Source: Basidiobolus meristosporus CBS 931.73
Taxonomy: Eukaryota; Fungi; Basidiobolomycota
Direction of reading: 5' to 3'
Length of the DNA: 64,000 nucleotides
NCBI GenBank assembly: GCA_002104905.1
Contig: MCFE01000405.1
Coordinates: 1 to 64,000 of the forward strand
The stretch's first letter is position 1, and each line of letters starts with the position of its first letter. Under the pieces are notes generated by a model. It did not search any database, was not told where the DNA came from, and worked only from the letters and a program-made list of their open reading frames with translations. Both the position numbers and the translations under genes were made by a program. Shown one piece after another: positions 35,698-47,707 of the stretch.

Positions 35698-37468
35698 ATG
35701 AACTCTATGCCATTACCACTCTCACATGGAGCCCCACAGTCTGATGGAAAGATTGTGGAAAGCTTCATATTCAAATGGGAGAAGCTCTGTAAGATGTGCA
35801 GCCTATCTGAACAAGAAATGGCTGAAGACTTCCCCTACTACTGCACCAATGATATTACCACTAAGCTTCTCAGACAAGGAGACATTCTCACTGACTGGGC
35901 CTTAATGAAGACCTACCTACAGACCAAGTATGGTAGACCCCAGATATACTATGGAATTGAAGACCTCAGGCACTTTGGAAGAACTGGACTTTCCAAGCTT
36001 CCACTTGAAGAGTTCATTCAACAGTATGAAGATATGGCCAAGCCACTCCTAGAGTCCCAGGCTATAACTGAGTTTACCATGACACTTTACCTTGCACAAG
36101 GGCTTCCCCAGGACTTGGCAAGGAAAGTTGACTTACATGCAGCCAAGGATGACAAGTCTGGCATTCCTTGCTTTGCAGAGATGAAACGTGTTCTCCTAGA
36201 GGCAAATGCAAACTTCTACCTTTATGAGACTCCTGACATCTAATCTGCCAGACAAGTCAACCAAGGAGCCAAGGAGTGCTGCTGCTGACAATCAGACCTA
36301 CAATACCGACAGAATTGACCAACTTGCTGAACAGCTACAAAAGCTAGCCCTCAAGATTAATGGCTCAGCTGAGGTTGCTACTGAGGGACAAAGACCTTTG
36401 CCCAGGCACTGCATCTGGTGTGACTCTACTCAGCATGCCAGACGAGAATGCTCAGAGCTTAGTCAGCTACTCAGAGAAGGAGCAGTACAGTTTGATGCTG
36501 ATGGAATGCTTGCTGACAAAGAAGGAAGAAGGATTCCCACTAATTTCTGAAGAGGAGGGATGAGAGCCCTTTTCCAGAAATCTGACTCAGCAACCAGAAA
36601 GATTACTGTTGATGCCCCTATTGGGACTCATAAAGTGAATCCAAGCAGCCCTGACAACAGACAATATGAAGTTGATGCCTTTGCTACCAAAAGACACCTC
36701 CCTGAAGAACCTGCCAAGCCCATCCTTAGAAGACCACGCTTTGAAGAACCTGAAGTTGTTATTGACAAGAGGCCTAGTATGCTGCCCACCCAAGATCCAT
36801 TGCCTCACTTTCAGATGACCTCAAAGATAGCAAGCTACTCAAGCCCTCAACTGATTACCAAGAAGCTGCTGAAGCAGAACCTCACTTTGTCGGTTGGAGA
36901 AATCATGAGTGTATCCCCATCTGTTAGGAAGACCTTTGATGAGCAGCTTAGAACAAGACGACAAGCTGTTGAACATATGGACACCCATATAATTCAGACA
37001 AACCATGAAGACCACCAAAAGGATGACAACACTACTGAATATAAGACCTTTTACTCAGTTGCTACTGCTGTGGTAAAAGGGTATATATATGATGACCCTG
37101 TTGACTGCCATATTGACAGTGGCTCAGAGATTTGTGTTATGCCGCTACACTTCTGGAAGACACTTAAAAGCAAGGAGCTACTGCCTGTTGATAGAGATAT
37201 TGGATGGAACATGACCGATGCAAACTCAGGATCTAGTCCACTCTATGGTGTAGTACACAAGTTCCCTATTGAGGTACAAGGAATCAAGGTCTGGCTTCCC
37301 CTCTTCATCTGCCAGAAGGCAAACTTTGACCTTCTGCTAGGTAGACCATGGGAGACCAGTACTAAGGCTACAACTACCAACTATTCCGATGAGGTCAGTA
37401 TGGTACACCATACAAGGATCCAACCCAGGACTACAGTCAACCTTCTGTGGTGTAACACCCAACAATAA
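35698..37468 (+). pseudogene. gag: C1 gag and aspartic protease (frameshift ~36240, stop 36548)
   Basis: Zinc knuckle CIWCDSTQHARREC; protease HIDSGSEICVM; ORFs 36206 and 36560 share a frame across one TGA. Confidence 0.88.
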
Positions 37469-40400
37469 GAGGACACATACTGCTTGTCAGAAGACACATC
37501 TTGTTATGGAAGAAGATGAAGAGCCTGACAATATACACCCCAACATTTGGAGCTGCTCATTAGGTATACAGGAGCAGACTGCTATGGTTCGGACAAAATA
37601 CAAGACAGTAGAACAGAAGATTAGACCATCACTTACACCTTTGACTGATGGATCCCAACCTGCTGATTACATTAGACCACCAGAAGAAACACCAGATGAT
37701 ACACGACTCACACCTGAGAGACTTAAGCAACTTATCATTGGTGATGGAAACCTTACACCAGAGGAGATACTATTATTTAAGGAGACCTTGAAAAGGCATG
37801 ATAAGGTCTTCTCATATAATGACAAGGAGATGGGACTCTTAAAGACATTGGTTGAAAAACCCATCAAGATTCATACAGTGCCCCACACACCCTGGTCATT
37901 TAAGCCTTACCCACTGCCCAGAGGACTCCAAGCTGATGTGCATGACCTACTTAAGAAGATAGAAGCTGGTATCCTAGAACCTTGCCATGGACCCTATGCT
38001 AACAGATGGTTTGTGACCAAAAAGAAGAATGGAAAGCTCCGATTCATTCAAGACATGCAACCTGCAAATGCTGTCACTATCAGAGATGCTGCTATACCTC
38101 CATCTATTGATGACTTTGCAGAAAGCTTTAGTGGCCACTCCATCTACTCAACATACGATCTCTACTCAGGATATGACCAGATTCCCCTTGATGAGACATC
38201 AAGAGATATGTTTGCACTACAGACACCATTTGGACTATTAAGGATGACAAGACTCAGCCAAGGGGCTACAAACTCCGTGGCTCAGTTCCAGAGATGCATG
38301 GTGAATGTGCTATACCAGTTTATACCTGAGAAACTTGCTGTCTTTGTTGATGACATAGGCATCAAAGGACCAAAAACCCAGGACACCACTGAAGTCATGC
38401 CTGGAGTCAGAAAGTCTGTCTATGATCATATTTCAGACAACAATGCCATATTAGGAGCCATTGAAGAAGCTGGACTCACCATCAGTGGTGAGAAAAGCAG
38501 CTTTGGTGTATCAGAGATATCCATTGTTGGACAAAAATGCAATACCTTTGGTCGCTCACCTGGAGATTCCAAGACACAAAAGATATGCAACTGGCCTACC
38601 CCCACAAATCTAACGCAAGCTCGTGGCTTTGTGGCAGCTTGTGGGTTCTTTAGGATCTGGATCCCAAGATTTTCTGAGATAGCAGAACCAATCTACCGGC
38701 TACAGAGAAAGAATACCCCATTTATCTGGGGAGAAGAGCAAGAAGAAGCCATGCAATTACTGAAAGAGGCCTTAGTATCTCCACCAGTTCTAAGACCTCT
38801 TGACTATCAAAACACTGAATGCCCACCTATTTTGACAGTGGATGCAAGCCCTATAGGAGCTGGAGCACTACTTGGACAAGATGATGAAGATGGCAACCGC
38901 TATGCCTGCAGATATGAGAGCTGCCTATTCTCTCCTAGAGAGCAAAGATACTCACAGATTAAGAGAGAACTACTAGGAGTTGTGAAGATGCTGAGGAAAC
39001 TGAAGTCACAACTCTACATGACACACTTTATCCTGGAGACAGATGCCAAGCCACTTATAGGAATGATCAACAAGCCTGACCTACCTGATGATGCCACAAA
39101 CCAATGGATGGCATGGCTGAAAATGTTTGACTTTGAGGTCAGACATATCCCTGGCAAGACAAATGTTGTGGCTGATGCACTCTCCAGGAAGGGACCACAA
39201 TTTTTTGAAGACTTGGACCCTCACTTTGATGATATTATTGATGCAGATATCCAACAGATTGCCATCAAAGACCAAGAGAGAACTACCTGGAGTCTGATCA
39301 AGGAATATCTAAGGACACTTCAAAAACCTAGTTGGATGGAAATTCAGGAGTTTAGAAAACTCAGGAAGAAGGCACATCACTACTATCTTAAAGATGATCT
39401 TCTCTTTAAGCAAGTGAAGCCTGGACTTATGCCAAGAAGAGTAGTCACTACCCCTCAAGAGCAACTGAACATCATGACAAGTATCCACCAAGGAGAACCA
39501 GGAGGACATAGAGGACAAGAAGCCACCTACTATACCACAGCTCAGAGGTACTACTGGGAAAACATGTACTACAATATTCAACACTTTGTTGAGTCATGTG
39601 TAGCCTGCCAGAAGAGATCCTCCAAGCGTTATGAAGAACCACTGCATCCTACTTACACAGTCTGTCTATGGCAAAAGGTTGGTATTGACCTTGTCCACAT
39701 GCCAACAGCTGGATCAAAAAAGTACCTGATTGTTGCTAGAGATGACCTTAGTGGATGGGCAGAGGCTCGAGCCTTGCCCAACAACAAGAGCCATACCATA
39801 TGGAGATTTATACTTGAAGACATCATCTGCAGATTTGGCTGCATCCGGCAGTTTGTTGCTGACAGAGGAGAGATGACATCCCAAATGATCCAGGAGTTGT
39901 GCTCAAAGTACAAGATACACATTGCTTTTACAACAGCTTACCACCCTCAAGCCAATGGAATGATAGAGAGAGGACATGGACCATTGGTGAACTCTCTTGT
40001 CAAGACTTGTGAGAATAACACAACACTGTGGCCACAGCAATTACATCTAGCACTCTGGGCAGATAGAATTACTACCAAGAGAACAACTGGATTATCGCCA
40101 TTCAAGCTACTCTATGGACATGACTGCATACTACCAGTTGAGTTAAACACAGTCACTTGGAACTCATTGAATTGGAGATCCGATATGCAGACTGAAGACC
40201 TCCTTGCAACTCGCATACAGCAACTTGATCACCATGACTTGAATATTAGCAGAGCTGCTGAACAACTTAAGGACACACGACTAAAGAACAAGGTGCCCTT
40301 TGACAAATCACACCCAACAAGGCCAAAACCACTATCACTAGGAGACCCAGTACTACTCTATGATTCCACCTTGGACAAGCAATGGAGTCAGAAGTTTGAC

Positions 40401-40550
40401 AACAAATGGACTGGCCCCTACCTCATTTCCAAAGTGATTGGAAATGGAAGTTATTACATATCTGAGCTTGACAACACCCAGTTGAGAGCACCAGTTGCTG
40501 GAAATCGACTTAAGTTATTCAAGCATAGGAATTTCGCACATCAAGATTAG
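37389..40550 (+). CDS. pol: C1 pol: RT, RNase H and integrase, open for 1053 codons; no chromodomain
   Basis: YDLYSGYDQI, FVDDI, VDASPIGAGALL, H..GHRG...C..C, VGIDL, ADRG, KWTGPY. Separated from the protease by an apparent indel near 37390. Confidence 0.93.
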   Translation: MRSVWYTIQGSNPGLQSTFCGVTPNNKRTHTACQKTHLVMEEDEEPDNIHPNIWSCSLGIQEQTAMVRTKYKTVEQKIRPSLTPLTDGSQPADYIRPPEETPDDTRLTPERLKQLIIGDGNLTPEEILLFKETLKRHDKVFSYNDKEMGLLKTLVEKPIKIHTVPHTPWSFKPYPLPRGLQADVHDLLKKIEAGILEPCHGPYANRWFVTKKKNGKLRFIQDMQPANAVTIRDAAIPPSIDDFAESFSGHSIYSTYDLYSGYDQIPLDETSRDMFALQTPFGLLRMTRLSQGATNSVAQFQRCMVNVLYQFIPEKLAVFVDDIGIKGPKTQDTTEVMPGVRKSVYDHISDNNAILGAIEEAGLTISGEKSSFGVSEISIVGQKCNTFGRSPGDSKTQKICNWPTPTNLTQARGFVAACGFFRIWIPRFSEIAEPIYRLQRKNTPFIWGEEQEEAMQLLKEALVSPPVLRPLDYQNTECPPILTVDASPIGAGALLGQDDEDGNRYACRYESCLFSPREQRYSQIKRELLGVVKMLRKLKSQLYMTHFILETDAKPLIGMINKPDLPDDATNQWMAWLKMFDFEVRHIPGKTNVVADALSRKGPQFFEDLDPHFDDIIDADIQQIAIKDQERTTWSLIKEYLRTLQKPSWMEIQEFRKLRKKAHHYYLKDDLLFKQVKPGLMPRRVVTTPQEQLNIMTSIHQGEPGGHRGQEATYYTTAQRYYWENMYYNIQHFVESCVACQKRSSKRYEEPLHPTYTVCLWQKVGIDLVHMPTAGSKKYLIVARDDLSGWAEARALPNNKSHTIWRFILEDIICRFGCIRQFVADRGEMTSQMIQELCSKYKIHIAFTTAYHPQANGMIERGHGPLVNSLVKTCENNTTLWPQQLHLALWADRITTKRTTGLSPFKLLYGHDCILPVELNTVTWNSLNWRSDMQTEDLLATRIQQLDHHDLNISRAAEQLKDTRLKNKVPFDKSHPTRPKPLSLGDPVLLYDSTLDKQWSQKFDNKWTGPYLISKVIGNGSYYISELDNTQLRAPVAGNRLKLFKHRNFAHQD

Positions 40551-42002
40551 TTTGCTTTGACCCAAGTTCAAAGCTGAGAGGGGGGTGGATGTAGTGGGGT
40601 GACAGTGACACCCACTGACAGATGTGCTCATTCCCTTATTTTCTACTTCCCTATATCTCTACTACACTTATTTTAGTTTTATCCCATTTGTCTTACCCAA
40701 TCAGTACTATCCCATAAGCCGGTTGACTATCACACCTGCTTACCTTATTGCATAAGTTACCCCTCACTTTATGTAAGATTACTAGCTATATGTACTTCTA
40801 TATTAGGCAAGTACCCGCGCCAGTACCCGTGACACATGATCAGCCCGTGTCACCATCCCTACCATTTCCATACCATATATGGTATCCCCATGTTACACAG
40901 GTTTCAGAATACTGATTCCTGATTGGTTGGATGTGCTGTGCCTCTTAGAACCTTCCGGCACCTACTTAGAACATTCTTAGGACATTCTGATGTCATTAAG
41001 ATTTCTATTGATATCCGGAACCTTCTGGAACACCATGATTAGTAATCACTTAGCCAGTAAGAAAAGTATATAAGGGAGGCTATCCCTCAACAATAAACCA
41101 TCATCCCTTTTATCAATATACCAACTTGTTGATTAGTGTGATCACTGCTACCTGCTGCTACCTGAACTTCCAACCCCAGACCACAGGACACTCCCAGGAA
41201 ACCGCGCTGACAGCCAACTGACCTTGGAGGCACTACTTGTGAGGAATACTCAGAGTAGGTATCTTTTATTATATTTGATTCTTTCCCAAGTTTGTTCTTG
41301 TACAGGCAAAGATACTTTTCTGTCTTTGTAACTATTGACCACAGCTGCATTCTTATCAAGTCCCTGCTGGTGGAGTTTACAGTTGTTTTGACTTTGGAAA
41401 CTTTAGTACATTGTCATCTCAAAGGACGCTGAACCCAGCACATACTTTTGTTAAGACGCCAACTAAGTTGGGGATTGTAGCTCAATAGTTTTCCCTTGAC
41501 AAGCTTGTGGCTTTATTCCCCTTCACATTAGATTAGAGACAGAACCCAAGTATTCCTAGCAAGCTTTTGCCAGAGGTTATCGCACCCAGTGAACACCTCA
41601 CACACAAAACACTTGAGAAGTGTTGGACGTATCTCTCCCTTAGACCTATACACCACCACAGCAGCACTGCTCTTGAAGAAGTGCTGCAACCTCTTGGTGT
41701 GCCCATGTATGTTCCAAAACTCCACTGAAGGCATTCTGATAACCTTTTGAGCTCTAAATGTTACTTTGTTTGTCAGTGGGATTTCCACTCTGCCAACACT
41801 GGAGGACATGGAGGCTGTGGCAGAAAGATTGCCTTTCTGTGCAAACTTTTCTACCTTACTGGAGTGTAGCTGAACCAGCTGTACTTCCAAATCTTGTGAA
41901 AACAGCAGTTTTCTTGTTGGTAATTCTTCCTGGCTATTATGGTATACATCTGTTCTGGGCTTACAGCACAAATTGACAAGAGCTACAGCTTTTCTTTTAC
42001 TC

Positions 42003-45000
42003 TGTGGTAATGGAAAGTATTCCATTACTACAATATCTCTAAACCAATATTGCACTCATTTCTTTATTTTGCTTTTGCCATTGTAACACAAAAGTGAAAG
42101 ATTAAGAATTTACAGCTTTGAAGTACAAATGCTCCAGACCCTGCCAAGCTATCCACCCAAGAATATTATGTCATACAGAACATGTAGTAGTTAACACATG
42201 TTTCAAATTGCAGCTCATTTGAAGCAGTACTTAAGGAGTTATGACCAAAAGAGTCCAATTATTAGATATACTATGCCTTATTGCTAGGATTACTCTGGTG
42301 ACTTTGATTGCGTGTAACTTTAGAACCAGCCAATCAGATCACATACAATTTCTACAGGTACTGCGCCTATGTCTGATCTGCGCCACTGCAAAATTTTAGC
42401 TTTGTATCATGTGTATTGATTGTGCAATTGCCCAAAAACTTTGATCCTTCAAAATTTTCATATATCTGACTTCCCCAGCGGAAAAATTAAGGGAGAGCCT
42501 CTCTTTCCAGAGTCTCCACACTACAATTACAAGCTCAAAGGTAATAAGACTTCCCCTGCATCTCTTGCACTGGTGAGTATTCTGACTTATATTGGTACTA
42601 CATCAGTAAAGAGACTGCAAAGCTCACAAGACTCCAATCTAAGTACTACATGAAACTACCACTTTTCTGTCAGAAAAGTCCCCTCTAAGAAACCCCTTTA
42701 GACACCTCTTTAGCTCTAAAGACCCCTTTAAGAAACCCCTTTACTCTAAAGAAGCCCCTTTAGGCACCCCTTTAGTGTAAAGTCCACTTTAGAGACCATT
42801 ACAAGAAGCCCCTTTACTTGAAAGACACCCCTTTAGGTCTAAAGACCCCTTTAGAGACTTCTACAACACACCCATTTAGGTTAAAGGGGAGTTCAGAATT
42901 TCCTTACTAGGAAATATTTACTCAGAAAGGAAAGTGACTTCCAAGTAAGGAAAAGTTACTATAAAAGTAAATAAGCCCATTAGTTGGCAGAAGGTCAGAA
43001 CACTGCTGTAGAAGTGAAAAACACTACCTAGAGTATATTTTGAGCCTAAGATTGAGGAAATTAGTTAAAGTTGTATCTTCTATCAGTATATCAAACTCCC
43101 AATAAACTATTTCAGTATTGGCATACTGGAAGTTGTTGTATATTGTTGATCAGCCTCTACATTGTAGAACAAGCCCCAAACTAATCATAATACAACACAA
43201 CAAGAATTTGGTGGAGGACCTGGGTAGTTTGAACCTTTCACAATACAAGCATCAAGAAACGTTACAAGAATGGCCAATACACCAGTCCCAGAGTTAACAG
43301 CCACTTTTAAAGGTGCCATTCCAGTAAAATTCTCAGGAGAGAATGTTACTGAGTTTCTAGAAGAGTTTAACAATATAGCTGCAGCTTTTGAGCTGTCACA
43401 CAAGAACAAAATCCAGTTGTTTCCCTTTCTTTGTGAAGTTGAAGTATCAAGATTCTTACAAAGTTTGGATCCATTTAAGATATCTGTTGGTGCTAACTAT
43501 AACTGGGACACTGCTCAACAAGCTATTTTAGCTGAGTACCCAAAGGAAGCACAGTTTGTTACACTAAATGAGCTAGAAATGCCTTACAACAAGACCCAAC
43601 CCTTGCAGAAGTACATTCAAAAGTTGAGTCAAAAGCAAGGCATGTTGCAAGCAGCTTTTGGAATTCCAAAATTTATCAAAGAAACAATTTTCTTATGAAT
43701 ATGCCTCCTGAGATACATAATGCCATTAGCCACCAAGTTCAGGCTACAAGCTCCTATGACAATGTTAAACAAATGGTGTTAAACTATCAATCAGCAAGAC
43801 AAGTCATGGATTCCATTAATATTCAAATGAAGATTTCTGCTCCCGCTAAACAAATTCTTCATTGTACAAATAACCCATAAAGTGATCAGGTTAATGAATT
43901 AATTGATGCATTAGGAAAACTGACGCTTAAGTTGGACTCTCTAAGTGTACCATCATCAAGCATCAACAAGGCAAGACCAGAAAATCCCAAAACAACCAGT
44001 AATTATCCACAGCAAACCAAATGTTGTGTGTACTGTGAATCTGCCAAGCATAGCGGTTATGGTTGTCAAGTATTGAATATTGATATTGACAGTCATAAGG
44101 TGATGATTGATTGTTGTGGGAAGATCTGTGATATTGCTGGAAACCCCTTGCCTATCAACAGAGGTTATGGTGGAATGAGGTCCTATGTACATGCTCAAGA
44201 AGAATCAAGTAAAAGCACCCATATATCAAGTTTCATACAAATCCAAAAGACTGCAGAAATTCCAAGCAATGAACATTATGTACTCACATTATCAGATCCA
44301 TCAGGGCAGGTCCAAGAATATCTAATGGAAAAAGAGGAAGTTGAAGAGTTTAACTGCCTTATTGATAAGAGAAAGTATGTTTCTACAGAGAAGAATCCTA
44401 AAAAATTGTGTACCAACAACAGAAATCAGCCAATTGTTGAAGTACCAGTACAGCCAGAAACATCAAAAATCCAAAAAGAACACTTGCAATCTCAATCTAA
44501 GTATGACACTACTGCAATTACACAGAAAGTTATTGACAAATTCTGGAAATCTCCATTTCCACAACTTACAAATCAAGAAATGTTTACCGCCATCAACAAT
44601 CTCAGTCAACTACTGCCAGAAATGGCTGAGCCTATGAACAAAGATATCCTGAAAAATTATCAAGAACAGTCATCAACAACGTTACCAAGTGAACAACTAC
44701 AATTTGAAGTGGAAAAAGCCTTTTACTCTATTACAACAGGAAGCTATGCTCCTACAATCAACAATGTTGAAGTGGCATGTGTTTTTGATTCTGGATCTGA
44801 TATCAATGCTATCACTTCTATGACTTTTGAAAAAATCAAATTGCCATTGACAGAAGTTGACTGGAATATGAGAACTGCTACATGTGCAACAGAGAAGATG
44901 CTTGGACTTTGTCACTCTGTACCAATTGAAATTGGAGGAATCAGGGTTACTTCTCCCTTTTTCATTGTTGCCAATGGACCCACTTTTGAGGTATTGTGGG

Positions 45001-45305
45001 GACAACCATATGAGAGAAAATCTCTTCTATAAGCTGATCATAGACCTGATGGAAGCTTATGGCTGACAATCACATCTGACAATTGAAAAAGAAGGGCAAC
45101 CTTTTGTGCAGCAGAAGAGAATAATCCAAGAAATGCACACTCCATTCCTGTACAAAACATACAGGTTCATAATGGTATTTTGCTTTATGATCAACACTTC
45201 ATTCCATCAAAAACAAGTAAGACAAATGCCATGTATAAGCCAGTTTCATTGAAAGCAAAGCCAGTATCTACTGGAATCTCACCATCTGCCCACAACAATC
45301 CTCAA
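42003..45305 (+). mobile_element. 3'-truncated Ty3/gypsy element E1 (5' LTR 42003-43202, PBS, gag, protease)
   Basis: 1.2-kb LTR TGTGG...CAACA paralogous to 61886-63097; PBS TGGTGGAGGACCTGGG at 43209-43224; CVYCESAKHSGYGC; VFDSGSDINAI; ends shortly after YKPVSLKAKPV. Confidence 0.9.
42680..42889. repeat. CCCCTTTA motif array inside the E1 LTR
   Basis: Eight perfect CCCCTTTA, three one-mismatch variants and one inverted TAAAGGGG in ~210 bp. Confidence 0.92.
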
Positions 45306-47390
45306 ATGGAGCAGCTATGAAGACCTGTTCCATGCCCATCATTTCACAAAAATGGGCCACAGTGTTGGTTAGGAAGGAACCACAATTGTTGGACAGGAGA
45401 ATCTGAGGATATCTGTGCCAGCAGATGATGTGTTTTAAAATGAATTGGGCAGTTGTCTTCTGATCTTTTGTTTGGATGGGTTGGGCTTCTCCCCACTGTG
45501 AGAAACAATTGGTAGCAATTAGTATGTACTGTCCTCCTTTCTTTGCTTTCATAAAGGGGCCAACAAAGTCAACCCCAGCCTGGTGGAAGGGTAAGTCCAC
45601 CAGAATTGGTGCTGTTGTCCCTATCTTCTAACTCTGGTTACATTTTTGGCAGGTGGAGCATCATTGTGACATATTTATGATGTTGGTCATCATTTTTTTC
45701 CAACAAAACATCTTTCTCAACATCTTATATGTTGTTAGGGGGTTATTGTGTCCTAATGACATATGTCTTTCTTGTATGATTTCTTTGCAGGCAGTTAAAA
45801 GGGGTATCTTGACTTTGAGCTGTCCTTGGAGTAACCATAATTGATTTTTTGTACATTGTACCAACACCATTACCTTCAAAGTCCCTCCTCTGCTTGTTTG
45901 TAACAATGTGTTTGGGGTACTTCCCCCTTCTTTTAAAGCAGATTACCTCCTTGTTGTCATTGCTAACATGTACTTAGCAAGCATGCTAGCAACTGAGGAA
46001 GTTTGCATCCTGGTGTTTCTAGACAATGCAATGAATTACTTTGAAGTTGCATTCTTGTAGTTGGAGGGCCTAACATGCTAGTCAACCAGTAAAGTCTTTA
46101 GTTTTCATGAGCCAGATCAGTGTGCTGTGGTCCATTACTATTGTGAATTGGCAACCATGTATGCATGTATTGAATTGTTTAATTGAATAAACAACAGCCA
46201 GACATTCTATATTGGTAACAGGGTAGTGACATTTGTGTTTGTTTAGCAAATGGCTCATGTAATTGATTGGGTGGAATTTGCCGGGTTAGTGGTATTGTCC
46301 CAGTATGGCACCTATACTGGTGAGACTTGCATTACAGTTAATAAAAAATCTCACATTCCAATTGGAATAACATCTCACTGATGGTGATGTCAGGGAATTG
46401 TTCAGCTGATGAAATGCTCTCCTTTGAGGCTCTAATGATGCAAAACACTGGCCTTTTTGTGTCAATTTGTACAAGGGGGCTGCTATCATTGCAAGTTTTT
46501 GACAAAGCAGCAATAGTAGCAGGCTTGTCACAGGAGTTCCAACATTGCACTGAAATCCTTTGGTGTGGGTGTAGATTGAACAGCTTTTAGGAGTGAAGTA
46601 GATGGTATATCCCATCTGCTGAGACTGAGTGGCCCAGGAACAACAATCTTACATACAAGAAATGTCACTTCTTGGGATGTAGTGTGAGTTGGTTCTCAAG
46701 GATGGTTGTCTGGATATGTTGCACATTTTGTATATGTTCTTCTACATTGAGGGAATATATTGTGATGTTGTCCAGATACACAAGAGTGCATTCCCATCAT
46801 AAATTTCCTAGCACATTGTCAATCATCCTTTAGAACATAGTGGGAGCATTGCCCAAGCCAAAGGGTAGTTTGTTCCATTTTTATAATTCAAACAATGTTA
46901 TAAAAGCAGTTTTGGGTCAATCTTCTGGGGCTACTTCTTCTTGCCAATACCTGGAGATTAACTTGAGAGAGCTAAAATACTTAGCTCCAACTAATCTGTC
47001 CAAGAGGTTGCCTATTTGCGGTTGTGGATACACGTCCTTCTGGGTGACAGCGTTCAATTTTTGGTAGTTGATGCAGAAGTGTAGATTTCTGTCTTTCTTT
47101 GGGACTATCACTACAGGGGAGGCCCACAGAGAATGGCTTACCGTACTGCTGTTATCCTTTAATAAAGTTTCATTGTCTCTTTGATATAATCCATGTCAAC
47201 TTTTGAGTTCCTATGGGCTTTTTGCATCATGGAGTATTTGTTGGCAAGGTGGATTTGGTGATATACCCCAGGTATATGGCAAATTACGTGGTTCTTAGAG
47301 AATACTTGGGCAAGCAGGCATATTCCTTCTGGAGACTTGTCTTGTAGTGTAGGTGGTAGACTGGGGTCCACATCCACATCATGCATCATC

Positions 47391-47707
47391 ATCACCCAAT
47401 AAGATCCTACCTAATATATCTATTTCTGTCTGATACAGATCTGCTGATTCATTTGCTGACTAATGTTACTGATTTGATAGGTAATACTGATATACGGATA
47501 ACCTAAGCAAATAACTAATTGATTTGACTAAATGCTGATCTAACTTAAACATTCAAGCGCAGATCATAACACTTATTTTGTGTTACAGCTGTATTACTTC
47601 TATAAAGGTATAATAACTGAGCGTCTTTATTAGTAAACAACAGTTCAACTATTATCACTATTTCTTGATAAGTTCCTTATATCCAAATCACTTCTTGAAT
47701 TGCAGCA
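47391..47707 (+). mobile_element. 5'-truncated mosaic solo LTR inside F
   Basis: ~47580-47707 matches the 3' part of the B1 LTR; 47391-~47575 matches the reverse complement of ~51070-51270. Confidence 0.75.

Larger units (their letters stand above)
34487..41660 (+). mobile_element. Near-complete Ty3/gypsy LTR retrotransposon C1 (7.17 kb)
   Basis: 1071-bp LTRs 34487-35557 and 40590-41660 with ~10 differences; PBS 35562-35578; PPT 40576-40589; gag-protease-RT-RNase H-integrase order. No matching TSD. Confidence 0.97.

Noticed and set aside
36230-37460. Programmed ribosomal frameshifts in C1
   Set aside because: The shifts fall within gag and after the protease without a clear slippery site; mutational indels are simpler. 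Other copies are needed to exclude it.
42680-42889. CCCCTTTA array as a CRISPR or telomeric array
   Set aside because: Units are 8 bp with very short irregular spacers, internal to an LTR in a eukaryotic context.
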